A DNA stretch of 64,000 bases from an uncultured bacterium. Its GTDB lineage: Bacteria > Desulfobacterota_D > UBA1144 > Nemesobacterales > UBA2774. Shown one piece after another: positions 51,955 through 60,816 of this stretch (the stretch's first letter is position 1; each line of letters opens with the position of its first letter). The notes beneath the pieces are model-generated. The model was not told where the DNA came from. It did not search any database and saw only the letters and a program-made list of their open reading frames with translations. The stretch is taken from assembly GCA_963705505.1 (NCBI GenBank), contig CAVPJU010000008.1:129774-193773 (forward strand), given 5' to 3'. The position numbers were made by a program, and so were the translations under genes.

Positions 51955-53429
51955 CTAAACACCGATTGAGACAACCTTGGTCTCGAGGAATTCCTCAAGA
52001 CCCAGCCTGCCTCCTTCTTTCCCGAAGCCGCTGTGCTTGACCCCTCCGAAGGGTATATGCACCGCTCCGAGGCGGGCATTGTTTACCCCGACGAGCCCGT
52101 ACTCGAGCCCTTCCGACATCGCTATCGCCCTCGAATTATCGCGCGTATAGAAAAATGCGGCGAGCCCATAGGGGGAATCGTTGGCGCGGGAGAGGACCTC
52201 CTCGTCCGATTTGAACGTCGCGACAGGCGCCACGGGACCGAACGTCTCCTCATTCATTATAAGCATGTCGTGAGTTACGCGCGAGAGAATCGTCGGCTCG
52301 AAAGAAGAAACCTCTCGCAGAATTCCCCGTCCGTCAGGCGGCGCCCCCCGTTAAGGAGCCCGGCTCCTTTTGCAACGGCATCGCCGACATGTGCTTCCAC
52401 CTTCTCCATCCCCTCTTCGTCGATCAGGGGGCCCACGTCTACAGTCTCATCCAGCGGGTTCCCCGTCCTGAGCCTCTTCACAAGCCCCGTGAACGTCTCG
52501 GTGAATCGCTCGGAGACGGATTCATGGACGTATATTCGGTTAAGGGCGACACACGTCTGCCCCGAATTCTGGAATTTGGAGGCGACGGCATGCGAGGCAG
52601 CAAGCTCTATGTCCGCGTCCCCGAACACTATGAAAGGGGCGTGCCCGCCCAACTCGAGTGTAATCCTCTTTAAGTCCGCGGACGCGCCGCGCATGATCTT
52701 TCTCCCGACTTCGACCGAGCCGGTGAAGCTCACCTTCCTCACTTTCGGGTTTCTGAGGATCTCCTTCCCGACCTTGTCGGGATGGACGTGTAGTCACGAG
52801 GTTAGCGACGCCCGGACGGGATTCCGGCTTCCTCGAATAATTCGAATATGGCGATCGCCGATAGGGGCGTCTGCTCGGGGGGTTTTACGACGACCGTGCA
52901 GCCGGCAGCCAGGGCGGGTATTACAGGCCTCGTGATCCCCGCCGACGGGTAGTTCCAGATCGTGATTATTCCGGCTACCCCCACGGGCTGCTTTATAGCA
53001 TAAAAACGCCTGCCGGGGAGAGGTGAGGTGAATATTTCGCCCGAGACTACGTTTAGATTCTTCGGCGAAGTACTTTATAAACTCGGCGGAATACCCGATT
53101 TCGGCGCGCGATTCCCTTATCGGCTTCCCCTCTTCCATCGCTATTAATCTCGCAAGTTCCTCGCTCCGCCCGAGCATCAGGTCGCGTACCCTCAGGAGCA
53201 GGTCAGCGCGGTCCTTTGCGGGAAGCTTCGACCATGATGGGAAAGCGTCATACGCTGCCTCTATAGCTTTCTCCGTGTCACGGGCGTCCGCGTCGGGCAC
53301 AGAAGCGATTACTTCGCCCGTCGCCGGGTTCCTTACGGTGAAGCTCTTCCCCGTCCCGGCTTCGACCCATTTGCCGTCGATGTACATCCTTTGCACTTTC
53401 GTTTTTTTTGCTTTTAATTTGTCTTGCAC
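51955..53429 (-). pseudogene. GabD-like NAD(P)-dependent aldehyde dehydrogenase split by several frameshifts (possibly assembly errors)
   Basis: Colinear fragments in different frames carry WNYP, KPPEQTP, FTGS, LELGG, FQNSGQTC, EETFGP, PFGGVKHSG. Confidence 0.85.
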
Positions 53430-53461
53430 GACTTTTACCTTATTTTAATGTACACCGCCCT

Positions 53462-53860
53462 TCAGGACTCGAGTATTTCTTTTAATATCTCGAGCTCCCG
53501 CTCTACATTCGATACGAGCTTTTCGAATAGTCCCGGCGGAGCGTTATCGGGCTCGGACTGAGTAAAATAATATGCTACCTCTCCGTTTTGACGAAGCTCG
53601 ACGAGACGCGAGGACGATTTTTGATAATGTCCGCCCTTTCCGAAGTAGAAATCGATGTTCCCATCTTCTTTCGCAGCCCCGACAAATAGGTCGATCACTC
53701 CCCGGGGCGTCTTTACGCGGTATATGTCGCCATCTTTCTCGGGCGCCTCGAGGGCAAAATCCACGGTCCAAAGGTGCAGGTTCTCAGGATCGGAGATGAA
53801 ATTCCACGCTTTATCGAATGTTGTATTAATAGTTACGCTCAAAGTTTTCGATCTCCTCAA
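53462..53860 (-). CDS. SRPBCC/polyketide cyclase-like protein
   Basis: SVTI.....AW.FISDPENL..W start and C-terminal EL..LK.ILE helix. Confidence 0.72.
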   Translation of the reverse strand: MRRSKTLSVTINTTFDKAWNFISDPENLHLWTVDFALEAPEKDGDIYRVKTPRGVIDLFVGAAKEDGNIDFYFGKGGHYQKSSSRLVELRQNGEVAYYFTQSEPDNAPPGLFEKLVSNVERELEILKEILES

Positions 53861-53947
53861 TCTTTCTCCCTCTCTTCAGACAAATTACCATGAAGGATGC
53901 GTCTGGCAGAGCTAACTGTATTAATTCTGTACGTGATGCCGCGAGCA

Positions 53948-54892
53948 TCATACATGGCCGAATGTATGCGTTTCGAGAATTGCAAACGCATTTTGCCGCA
54001 GGTGCTCGACATTCGTAGTCCCCGTCAGCACTGTGGATACCGCAGGGTGCGACATGGCGAACCTGTATGCCTCAGCGGGACGCGAAAACTCCCGCTCCGT
54101 TATGACCGAATTTTCACTGCCGCTTCTGAGGCCGGATCTCATCGAACCCCACCCATTCTGCGGGTTCAACCCCAGGATATTGCTTCGAACATCCTTTTGA
54201 GATAAGGCAATATCTCTTGCTGCGGCCATGCATATTACTCCCACGTTCTTCTTCGCAGCCAGATGCAAAATACCGTCTCCTGCTGTAGGATTCGCCGGAC
54301 TATAAGCGACCATAACGGAATCGAACAAGTTGTCGGATAGAGCCATTTGGAGCATCTCATGATTCCTGTCTACGATCGTTGACTCCGAGATGCCTAAAAA
54401 GCGGAACTTTCCGTCATCCCTCAACTTCTCCAGAGTCGGCATAAGGGAATCCGTAACCGAGCGGTAGATACCAGGCGTCACCGCATGGAATTGGATAAGA
54501 TCGACCGTATCCACACGGAGCTTCTTTAAACTCCGCTCTACCGATTTAACAACGTCTTCGGGTCTTGAAATCCGACCGTGCGTAACAGGAAGAAACTTTG
54601 TAGCTATTATGAATCTATCCCGCGGAACGTTCCTCAACACCCCTCCCAGTATTGCTTCACTCTCCCCATATGATGGGGAGGTATCAAAGAGATTAATTCC
54701 AATATCAAGAGCGCTCCGGACCAGATCCATGATTTGCACTTTGAGCGCGAAACTCCTCTGGCCGAAGCGGTTTACCCCTCCCGAGCCGAGCGACAGAGAC
54801 GACACCATGAGCCCGGTCCGTCCTAATTCCTTGTTCCGCATGGGTAGTTCTTCTCTCCGCATGACCGTCATAAATTTCCTTTCTGTTATCAC
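53948..54892 (-). CDS. Aldo/keto reductase
   Basis: LGRTGL.VS, GINLFDTS..YG, IATK, SL.KL..D.VDL.Q.H; start may be ATG 54841. Confidence 0.88.
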   Translation of the reverse strand: MITERKFMTVMRREELPMRNKELGRTGLMVSSLSLGSGGVNRFGQRSFALKVQIMDLVRSALDIGINLFDTSPSYGESEAILGGVLRNVPRDRFIIATKFLPVTHGRISRPEDVVKSVERSLKKLRVDTVDLIQFHAVTPGIYRSVTDSLMPTLEKLRDDGKFRFLGISESTIVDRNHEMLQMALSDNLFDSVMVAYSPANPTAGDGILHLAAKKNVGVICMAAARDIALSQKDVRSNILGLNPQNGWGSMRSGLRSGSENSVITEREFSRPAEAYRFAMSHPAVSTVLTGTTNVEHLRQNAFAILETHTFGHV

Positions 54893-55911
54893 AGCTCTCT
54901 TAATTTTTTCCGAACTCTAAAACCTGGCATTACCTCTCTTGCAAAGAGTTCAGTAGACCTTAGGCAGAGCGCCTGGCTCTGGGTAATGAAGTTAAGCGAG
55001 CACAGGAGATAAGTAATCTCCAATCTCCCGGCGAGCTCTTTAATGCCGCTGGCTACAGTCTCGGGAGAGCCCAACAGGAGAAAATCGTCCAGAAACCGGT
55101 CGAAGCTGAAGTTCTCCTCGCCGCCGTACTTCGCGATGAGAGCCGCTTTCAGGTCCGGCGCGCGGTACTTAATGAATTCCATGAAAGGCCCTTCCATTTC
55201 CCGCCTCGCTTTCTCGTCCGTATCCGATACGTAAATGAACCGGTTGACGATGAACTCGGGCGCACTGCCGTTGCGATTTTTCCGGACAAGATTTCCGAAG
55301 TAGGTTTGAGCGGTTTTCTCAAGCTCAGAAGACGTCCTGGTGGCCCCCGTTATCGCGGAGTAACCCTTCTCCGCAGCAAAAAGAAGCGTCTCCTCCGATA
55401 CCGCGACGAGCGAGACCGGCGGATGGGGTTTCTGCAAGGGCTTGGGGTACACAGAGACTTCGGGGATCCGGTGGAATTCCCCCTCGTATGAAAACCGCTC
55501 CTCGGTCCAGGCTTTAATTATTATCTCGATCGCTTCCCTGAATCTCTCCCTCGTCTCGAAAAGCGGCGAGTGAAACGCCAGATGGCACTCTTCATCGAGG
55601 CTCGCCCGCGCGGCGCCGAAGTCGAGACGCCCCCCGCTCAATATATCGAGGGTCGCGGTGTCCTCGGCGAGATGTATAGGGTGGTCGAGGGACAATATGC
55701 GCGCCGCCGTGCCGATGCGTATCCTTTTTGTCCTCGCAGCCAGCGCCGCAGCCAGGCTCAGGGGGGAGGAATAGAGGAGGTCCCCGTGTCTGAAATGCCT
55801 TTCCCCGAGAACCACGGAATCAAAGCCGAGCTCCTCCGCATAAACCATCTGGTCAAGGATTTCGTGATAGCTCCCGTCCCGCGTGCCCATTATGAATAAG
55901 CCGAATTTCAT
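54889..55911 (-). CDS. Luciferase-like (LLM class) flavin-dependent monooxygenase
   Basis: MKFG, AEELGFDS, ERHF, HPIHLAE..ATLD.LSGGR, PKPLQKPHPP. Confidence 0.9.
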   Translation of the reverse strand: MKFGLFIMGTRDGSYHEILDQMVYAEELGFDSVVLGERHFRHGDLLYSSPLSLAAALAARTKRIRIGTAARILSLDHPIHLAEDTATLDILSGGRLDFGAARASLDEECHLAFHSPLFETRERFREAIEIIIKAWTEERFSYEGEFHRIPEVSVYPKPLQKPHPPVSLVAVSEETLLFAAEKGYSAITGATRTSSELEKTAQTYFGNLVRKNRNGSAPEFIVNRFIYVSDTDEKARREMEGPFMEFIKYRAPDLKAALIAKYGGEENFSFDRFLDDFLLLGSPETVASGIKELAGRLEITYLLCSLNFITQSQALCLRSTELFAREVMPGFRVRKKLREL

Positions 55912-55963
55912 TTATCCCTCTATGTACCGCCCCTTTTTATCCGGGTGACGGCCGCACCGGGTT

Positions 55964-56959
55964 TTAAATGTCTTTTAAGTGAGGCAGCATGTGTTCGGTA
56001 AACAACCTCATGGAGTTAAGGCATTTCTCGTGCTCAACCGTATAGTAATTGAATGTTAAAATCAGACTCCTGAGATCGATTTCGTCCTTTAAACGCATGA
56101 TCTTCTTCATGCAGGAATCGGGAGTGCCGAATATGCAGACATCGTTGAATAGCAGGTCGTACGTAATCTCATCGTCCGGAAGAAATAAAAAATCCCTGAT
56201 CACGGTGTTCTTCCTGTGGATGAAACCCATGATCGTATCCCTCGTGTCCTCCACGGCCTTCCCGTCGGTCTCCGCAACATAGATAAAACGATTGACCGGG
56301 TGCACAATGTTCCTGCCGCTGTTTCCGTTGAGGAGCGCATTATACCTCTCCTGAGTATTCCTGAGCACGGGGACGGTTTGAGCGCCGGCCAGGAGCAGGG
56401 GTAATCCCATTTCCGCGCCGAATTTCAAGGTTTCCTGACTGATCCCCACCAGATAAATCGGGGGATGGGGTCTCTGGACGGGCTTGGGCTCTACAGAAAT
56501 ATCCGAAATGTTGTAGTAGCCGTTATAAGAGAAGCTTTCCTCCGTCCATGCCTTAATGATGACATCGATCGACTGCTCGAAGCGGCCTCTCGTCTCTTCC
56601 GTTCTTACGCCGAACGCGTTCTGGTAGAGCTCATTCTCCCCGATCCGCGCAACACCGAGGTCGAGCCTCCCGCCCGATATAATATCCACTGTCGCCGCTC
56701 CTTCCGCGACGTGTATGGGGTGGTCGAGCGGAAGAAGCCTCGCTCCCATCCCGATACGAATCCGCTCCGTGACCGAGGCTATGTATGACGCGGCTACGAA
56801 GGGAGACGAAAAGAAGTTCCTCCCTTCATGGTCGGGATGAAAATGCCTCTCCCTCAGCCATACGGAATCGAACCCCGCCTCGTCCGCGTAGCGGACCTGG
56901 TCTATCAGATCAGCATGATCGGACGTTGCTGATCCTGTCGCGTAAAAACCTATCTTCAA
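55964..56959 (-). CDS. Luciferase-like (LLM class) flavin-dependent monooxygenase
   Basis: MKIG, ADEAGFDSVW.RERHF, HPIHVAE..ATVD..SGGR, PKPVQRPHPP. Confidence 0.9.
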   Translation of the reverse strand: MKIGFYATGSATSDHADLIDQVRYADEAGFDSVWLRERHFHPDHEGRNFFSSPFVAASYIASVTERIRIGMGARLLPLDHPIHVAEGAATVDIISGGRLDLGVARIGENELYQNAFGVRTEETRGRFEQSIDVIIKAWTEESFSYNGYYNISDISVEPKPVQRPHPPIYLVGISQETLKFGAEMGLPLLLAGAQTVPVLRNTQERYNALLNGNSGRNIVHPVNRFIYVAETDGKAVEDTRDTIMGFIHRKNTVIRDFLFLPDDEITYDLLFNDVCIFGTPDSCMKKIMRLKDEIDLRSLILTFNYYTVEHEKCLNSMRLFTEHMLPHLKDI

Positions 56960-57067
56960 ATAAATCCTCCGAATTCATTACTCACCCGGGCTCCGCTCGG
57001 TCAGCCGAAATACGTTTAAGTCTCCTTTCCAATGCGTCCGGTTCGAACTTTCAGAAGTAATCCGGCT

Positions 57068-57931
57068 TCAGCGAACCCGCTCGGGGTAGCTCCGCGATGA
57101 CGCTTCTATCCTGAGCCCCTTCACCTCATTGACGAATGCGGTCAGGTGGGACGACAGGGCGTCCAATAGTCTCCTCCCTTTCTCGCGCGTGGCTTCCGAG
57201 TCCCGCTTTTTCTCGTGCGCTGCAGGGCTTACGTACTCAAAATCGTCCAGACCTAAAGTAATATTCTCAGCGCCGTTAAACCCCACTGTTATACCCGTCC
57301 CGGCTCTCTTGTAAAATGATTCTCCGAGCCATTCAGGCGCATGCACCCTGTAGCCGTGAGACAGGAAATTATCGGTTTTAAACCTTTCCTCCATGAGAGA
57401 CATCGCCACCGAACACTCTATATCGCTTGAAAGACGATCGGGAGCCGAACCCATGATCTCCATTGCCTGCTTGTTTTCCCTCCCGCCGTAAAACGCCACG
57501 AACGCCCCGGTCTTCGTGCGGAGCGACAGCAGGACCTCCTCCGCAACGGCGACGTTCGAGCTGTGGAGCGACACGAATATGAGCTTATTGAACCCGTGAT
57601 AGATAAGGGACCGGCTGATCTCTTCGAGTATGAGTCTGTAGGTTTCCGCCCTGAACGATATCGTGCCGCACCCTTCCCCTTCCCTGCCGAAGTGCTCGGG
57701 CGCGTACCCGAACGGCATTAGCGGTGTATGGAGGACGTCCGTTTCGCGGGCTGTGCGCTCGACGACCGCTCCGCTGACGAGCCCATCGAGACCGAGAGGC
57801 GTAAAAGGGTTGCCGTGCCTCTCGCAGCTCCCCATCGGAATCAATATCATGTCCTGCCCTTCCCTCACCCTCTTCTGAATATCCCCCGTCCCAAGCTCCT
57901 GTATATTAAGGATTTTCTTTCCATTTTTCAT
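57068..57931 (-). CDS. Creatininase family amidohydrolase
   Basis: PMGSCERHG..PLGLD, GTIS, SLHSSN (GHGGN-like), IECS (ETS-like), AT.EKG. Confidence 0.85.
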   Translation of the reverse strand: MKNGKKILNIQELGTGDIQKRVREGQDMILIPMGSCERHGNPFTPLGLDGLVSGAVVERTARETDVLHTPLMPFGYAPEHFGREGEGCGTISFRAETYRLILEEISRSLIYHGFNKLIFVSLHSSNVAVAEEVLLSLRTKTGAFVAFYGGRENKQAMEIMGSAPDRLSSDIECSVAMSLMEERFKTDNFLSHGYRVHAPEWLGESFYKRAGTGITVGFNGAENITLGLDDFEYVSPAAHEKKRDSEATREKGRRLLDALSSHLTAFVNEVKGLRIEASSRSYPERVR

Positions 57932-58059
57932 CTTTCAATTCTCCTCATAACGTATGATAACCGGCAGCATAATCATTGATGATAATTAAGTACTAATAGT
58001 CCTCACGCCGACTCAATATTTATACCATTTATGATCATACTATAACAAGAAATTCCGCA

Positions 58060-59214
58060 TCATCCCCCGTCTAATACATCTTGAAGTGCTTTTTCCGTCT
58101 CGTCAACCATCTTTTCAATGCCGAAATTTCTTACAATTATGTTCCGTATTTTCAGCGGGTCCATGTCAGAGAGCCCGTCGAGCATAGTCCTCATACCATT
58201 CGCAAGAAGTCGAGGGTCACCCGGCGGGACCGCTATTCCCGATTCTCCCACAATCCTTGCGGAGTCCCCTACGTCCGTGACCACACACGGTTTGCCGCAC
58301 GCCATCGCCTCTCCTATGACGTTCGGGAAACCCTCGCTATAAGACGAGGAACAGAGAACATCGATAGAGTTGAGAACAGTCGGCATATCTTTTTTTGCCC
58401 CCGCCCAAATCAGATGATCACGTAATCCCAAATCCCGGCTCATGAGCTCCAGTTTTTTCCTATATGCCTTATCTCCGTCCCCTATGCAAACAAAACGAAC
58501 ATCTCTCCGTTCCGTCAATAGCCGGGAGCATGCTTCCAGGAACGTGATATGCCCCTTAACCAAATCCAGACGGGCAATTACGCCTATGAGCGCCTCGTTT
58601 CCGCAAACATCCCATTCCCTCCGCAGCCGCTCCCGTGCTTCGGGATCCGGCTTGAAGTCATCCGTATCGATACCGTTATCGATGACCAGCCCTTTAGCGC
58701 ACCTGTAACCTGTTTTTACACGGCTCGCCAGTCCTGCTTCCGAATTAGCGATTATAAGGGGAACGAAGGACGAAATCCACTTGTTTATATAGAGTGCCGT
58801 TGAATCATTGCGAGAGTAGCTTCTCGGTCCAGTTGCCGGTAAAGAGCCTCGGACACCCCATACGAGTTTAGTGCCGGACGTCGTGCTGACGGCCAGCCAT
58901 GATATGAACCTCGCGGCATGACCGCTAAAACTGTAGAGGATTTGAACCTCTTCTTTCTCCAGAATCCTTCTTAATTCGAGTGTTGCTTCGATCAAACCCA
59001 TAACCCCAGTGAAAATATTTCCGGGTTTCTGTGCAAGAAGAGTCTTTATTCGTATCGGTTCCCCGCCCCAGATGTGCTCCCAATGCGTATCGCTTTCATA
59101 AAGTGCGAGCACGGATACGTCGTGCCCCCTCTTTTTCAATCGAGGAGCAAGGTATGAAAGCTGGCGTATGACGCCTCCCATTCCCAAATTTTGAATGAAG
59201 ATAAGGATTCTCAT
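58060..59214 (-). CDS. Glycosyltransferase family 4
   Basis: NGID, ARL..VKGH, EGFPNVIGEAMACG, TDVG; ATG 59214 chosen (ORF track 59310). Confidence 0.9.
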   Translation of the reverse strand: MRILIFIQNLGMGGVIRQLSYLAPRLKKRGHDVSVLALYESDTHWEHIWGGEPIRIKTLLAQKPGNIFTGVMGLIEATLELRRILEKEEVQILYSFSGHAARFISWLAVSTTSGTKLVWGVRGSLPATGPRSYSRNDSTALYINKWISSFVPLIIANSEAGLASRVKTGYRCAKGLVIDNGIDTDDFKPDPEARERLRREWDVCGNEALIGVIARLDLVKGHITFLEACSRLLTERRDVRFVCIGDGDKAYRKKLELMSRDLGLRDHLIWAGAKKDMPTVLNSIDVLCSSSYSEGFPNVIGEAMACGKPCVVTDVGDSARIVGESGIAVPPGDPRLLANGMRTMLDGLSDMDPLKIRNIIVRNFGIEKMVDETEKALQDVLDGG

Positions 59215-59434
59215 CGAAATCCCTCGCAGGACATTAGTCCAGGTTAATTTACGCACAAGATGGCCGGGAAGACGCGTAATACCCCCGTCCCTCATCACAA
59301 CCAAATTCACTGAGAAAAACTCATCACTACCGGATATAATTAATATACAATACTCAACAAACCGGCGTCTATTGATGGACAGGCGAAAGTCTGTTATAGA
59401 TATTAGCGTTTACAACTTCCTTTAGGCCAATCAC

Positions 59435-59508
59435 GTCCCCGTAGCTCAGAAGGATAGAGCACAGGATTCCTAATCCTGAGGCCGGAGGTTCGAATCCTCT
59501 CGGGGACG
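59435..59508 (+). tRNA. tRNA-Arg (anticodon CCT)
   Basis: Acceptor stem GTCCCCG/CGGGGAC, anticodon arm CAGGA-TTCCTAA-TCCTG, GGTTCGAATCC; CCA not encoded. Confidence 0.96.
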
Positions 59509-59802
59509 CAGCACTTCCCGAAGTACAGTAGCAACGTTGCATTTAGCCATCGGCGTCCGGTTGCTCTATTCATCGCAACCGTTCTCTCGGGGACGCAACT
59601 TCTTCCGAAGCACATTGACGCTGTTGCAATTAACCAATGGTGTCCGATTCCTCCTATTCGTCGAAATCGTTCTCTCGGGGACGCACACACATAGTGTGAT
59701 TTTCGATTTCCGCCATCTCCTCTGCCGTACCGTTATGCATGACCGTGACCGTTCATCCTGAGACTGCTGAAGGAGGCACACATTCCCCGAAGTACGGTGA
59801 CC
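59497..59802 (+). repeat. tRNA-3'-end-anchored array of ~87-93 bp units
   Basis: Exact CTCTCGGGGACGCA at 59497, 59584 and 59672; degenerate fourth unit start near 59776 (GCACACATTCCCCGAAGTAC). Confidence 0.9.
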
Positions 59803-59862
59803 ATTTGGTTTGAAATTTTAAAAATATAATTAAGCGGTCGGTAGAAAACCTTTAACTAATCG

Positions 59863-60816
59863 TTATAGGGCTTGTTCATCATGTTGTTCCAGCCACTCCA
59901 GCATTTTGCTAACACTTCCGGTGGCCAGGGCAATGCTCGTATCCGCCGCGCCATAATACATGCGGATGATATCACCGCCGGGTTCAAGGGTATAACCGCA
60001 AGGAAAGACTACGTTGCCTACATCCCCGGACTGCTCGTACTGTTGTTCCGGGGCAAAGAACCATTCGTTGCTGCGTTTCAGGCAGAGCTCCGGTGTATGT
60101 AAATCAAACAGAGCCAGTCCGAGCCGGTAAATGCTGCCGCTCGCTGTCTGACGTACACCGTGGTAAATCACCAGCCAGCCCTGCGGGGTTTGTATCGGCG
60201 GGGGGGAGAGGCCTATTTTATTCGCATCCCACCACGCACCACGGCGGGCTACAAGCATCAGCTTGTGGTTGCCCCAATGTCGAAGATCCGGCGAGTAGGA
60301 TATCCACATGTGCGCGCGGGGAGCACTGACAGGACGATGGATCAAGGCCCAAAGGCCGTCAATACGATGAGGCAGCAAGGCCGCATCTTTATTTTCCGGC
60401 GTCATGATCACTCCGTAACGCTCGAAGCTGGCGAAATCTTCTGTAAACGCCAGGGCCACGCCCGGACCGTCGCGTGTGAAGGCGGTATAGGCAATGGCAT
60501 ACTTCCTTAATTCGGGAACGAAGGTAATGCGCGGGTCTTCAATACCCCAAAGTTCTTCCGGGTAGCGCTCGGGATCAGCCAATAGTGAAGGCTGGGGATC
60601 AATCTGCCATTTATCCACGCCATTGGCGGAACGGGCCACACAAAAGTGAGAATGCCCCCGCCGATCCTCCACACGACATAAGAGCAGTGTGGTCCCGTCC
60701 GGCAGCAATGTGGCACCGGGGTTAAAAACGCTATGGACCGGATACGGCCAATCGGCGGCGGTCAAGATCGGATTAAGTTCGTGACGGTGAAAGAGTTCAG
60801 AATATTTATTGCTCAT
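59863..60816 (-). CDS. GH130-like glycoside phosphorylase/hydrolase
   Basis: NPIL, VFNPGA, EDPRI, NKDA, HRP, YHGV, NVVFPCG, YYGAAD motifs. Confidence 0.88.
   Translation of the reverse strand: MSNKYSELFHRHELNPILTAADWPYPVHSVFNPGATLLPDGTTLLLCRVEDRRGHSHFCVARSANGVDKWQIDPQPSLLADPERYPEELWGIEDPRITFVPELRKYAIAYTAFTRDGPGVALAFTEDFASFERYGVIMTPENKDAALLPHRIDGLWALIHRPVSAPRAHMWISYSPDLRHWGNHKLMLVARRGAWWDANKIGLSPPPIQTPQGWLVIYHGVRQTASGSIYRLGLALFDLHTPELCLKRSNEWFFAPEQQYEQSGDVGNVVFPCGYTLEPGGDIIRMYYGAADTSIALATGSVSKMLEWLEQHDEQAL

Noticed and set aside
51955..53429. Programmed frameshifting in the ALDH
   Set aside because: Too many shifts and no slippery heptamers; sequencing error or decay is simpler
54889..56959. 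luxAB bioluminescence operon
   Set aside because: No luxC/D/E/G nearby; only family-level LLM motifs are seen
57068..57931. Mycofactocin or other RiPP cluster (MftE-like)
   Set aside because: No precursor peptide, radical SAM enzyme or PqqD-like chaperone found in the flanks
57960..57990. Fur box upstream of the creatininase gene
   Set aside because: Only about 10/19 matches to the consensus, in AT-rich DNA
59497..59690. CRISPR array interpretation of the direct repeats
   Set aside because: The exact repeat is only 14-18 bp and derives from the tRNA end, the 'spacers' are ~73 bp and the first two are homologous, and no cas genes are present
59403..59781. Short ORFs across tRNA-Arg and the repeat array
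   Set aside because: They overlap the tRNA and repeats and show no protein-like features
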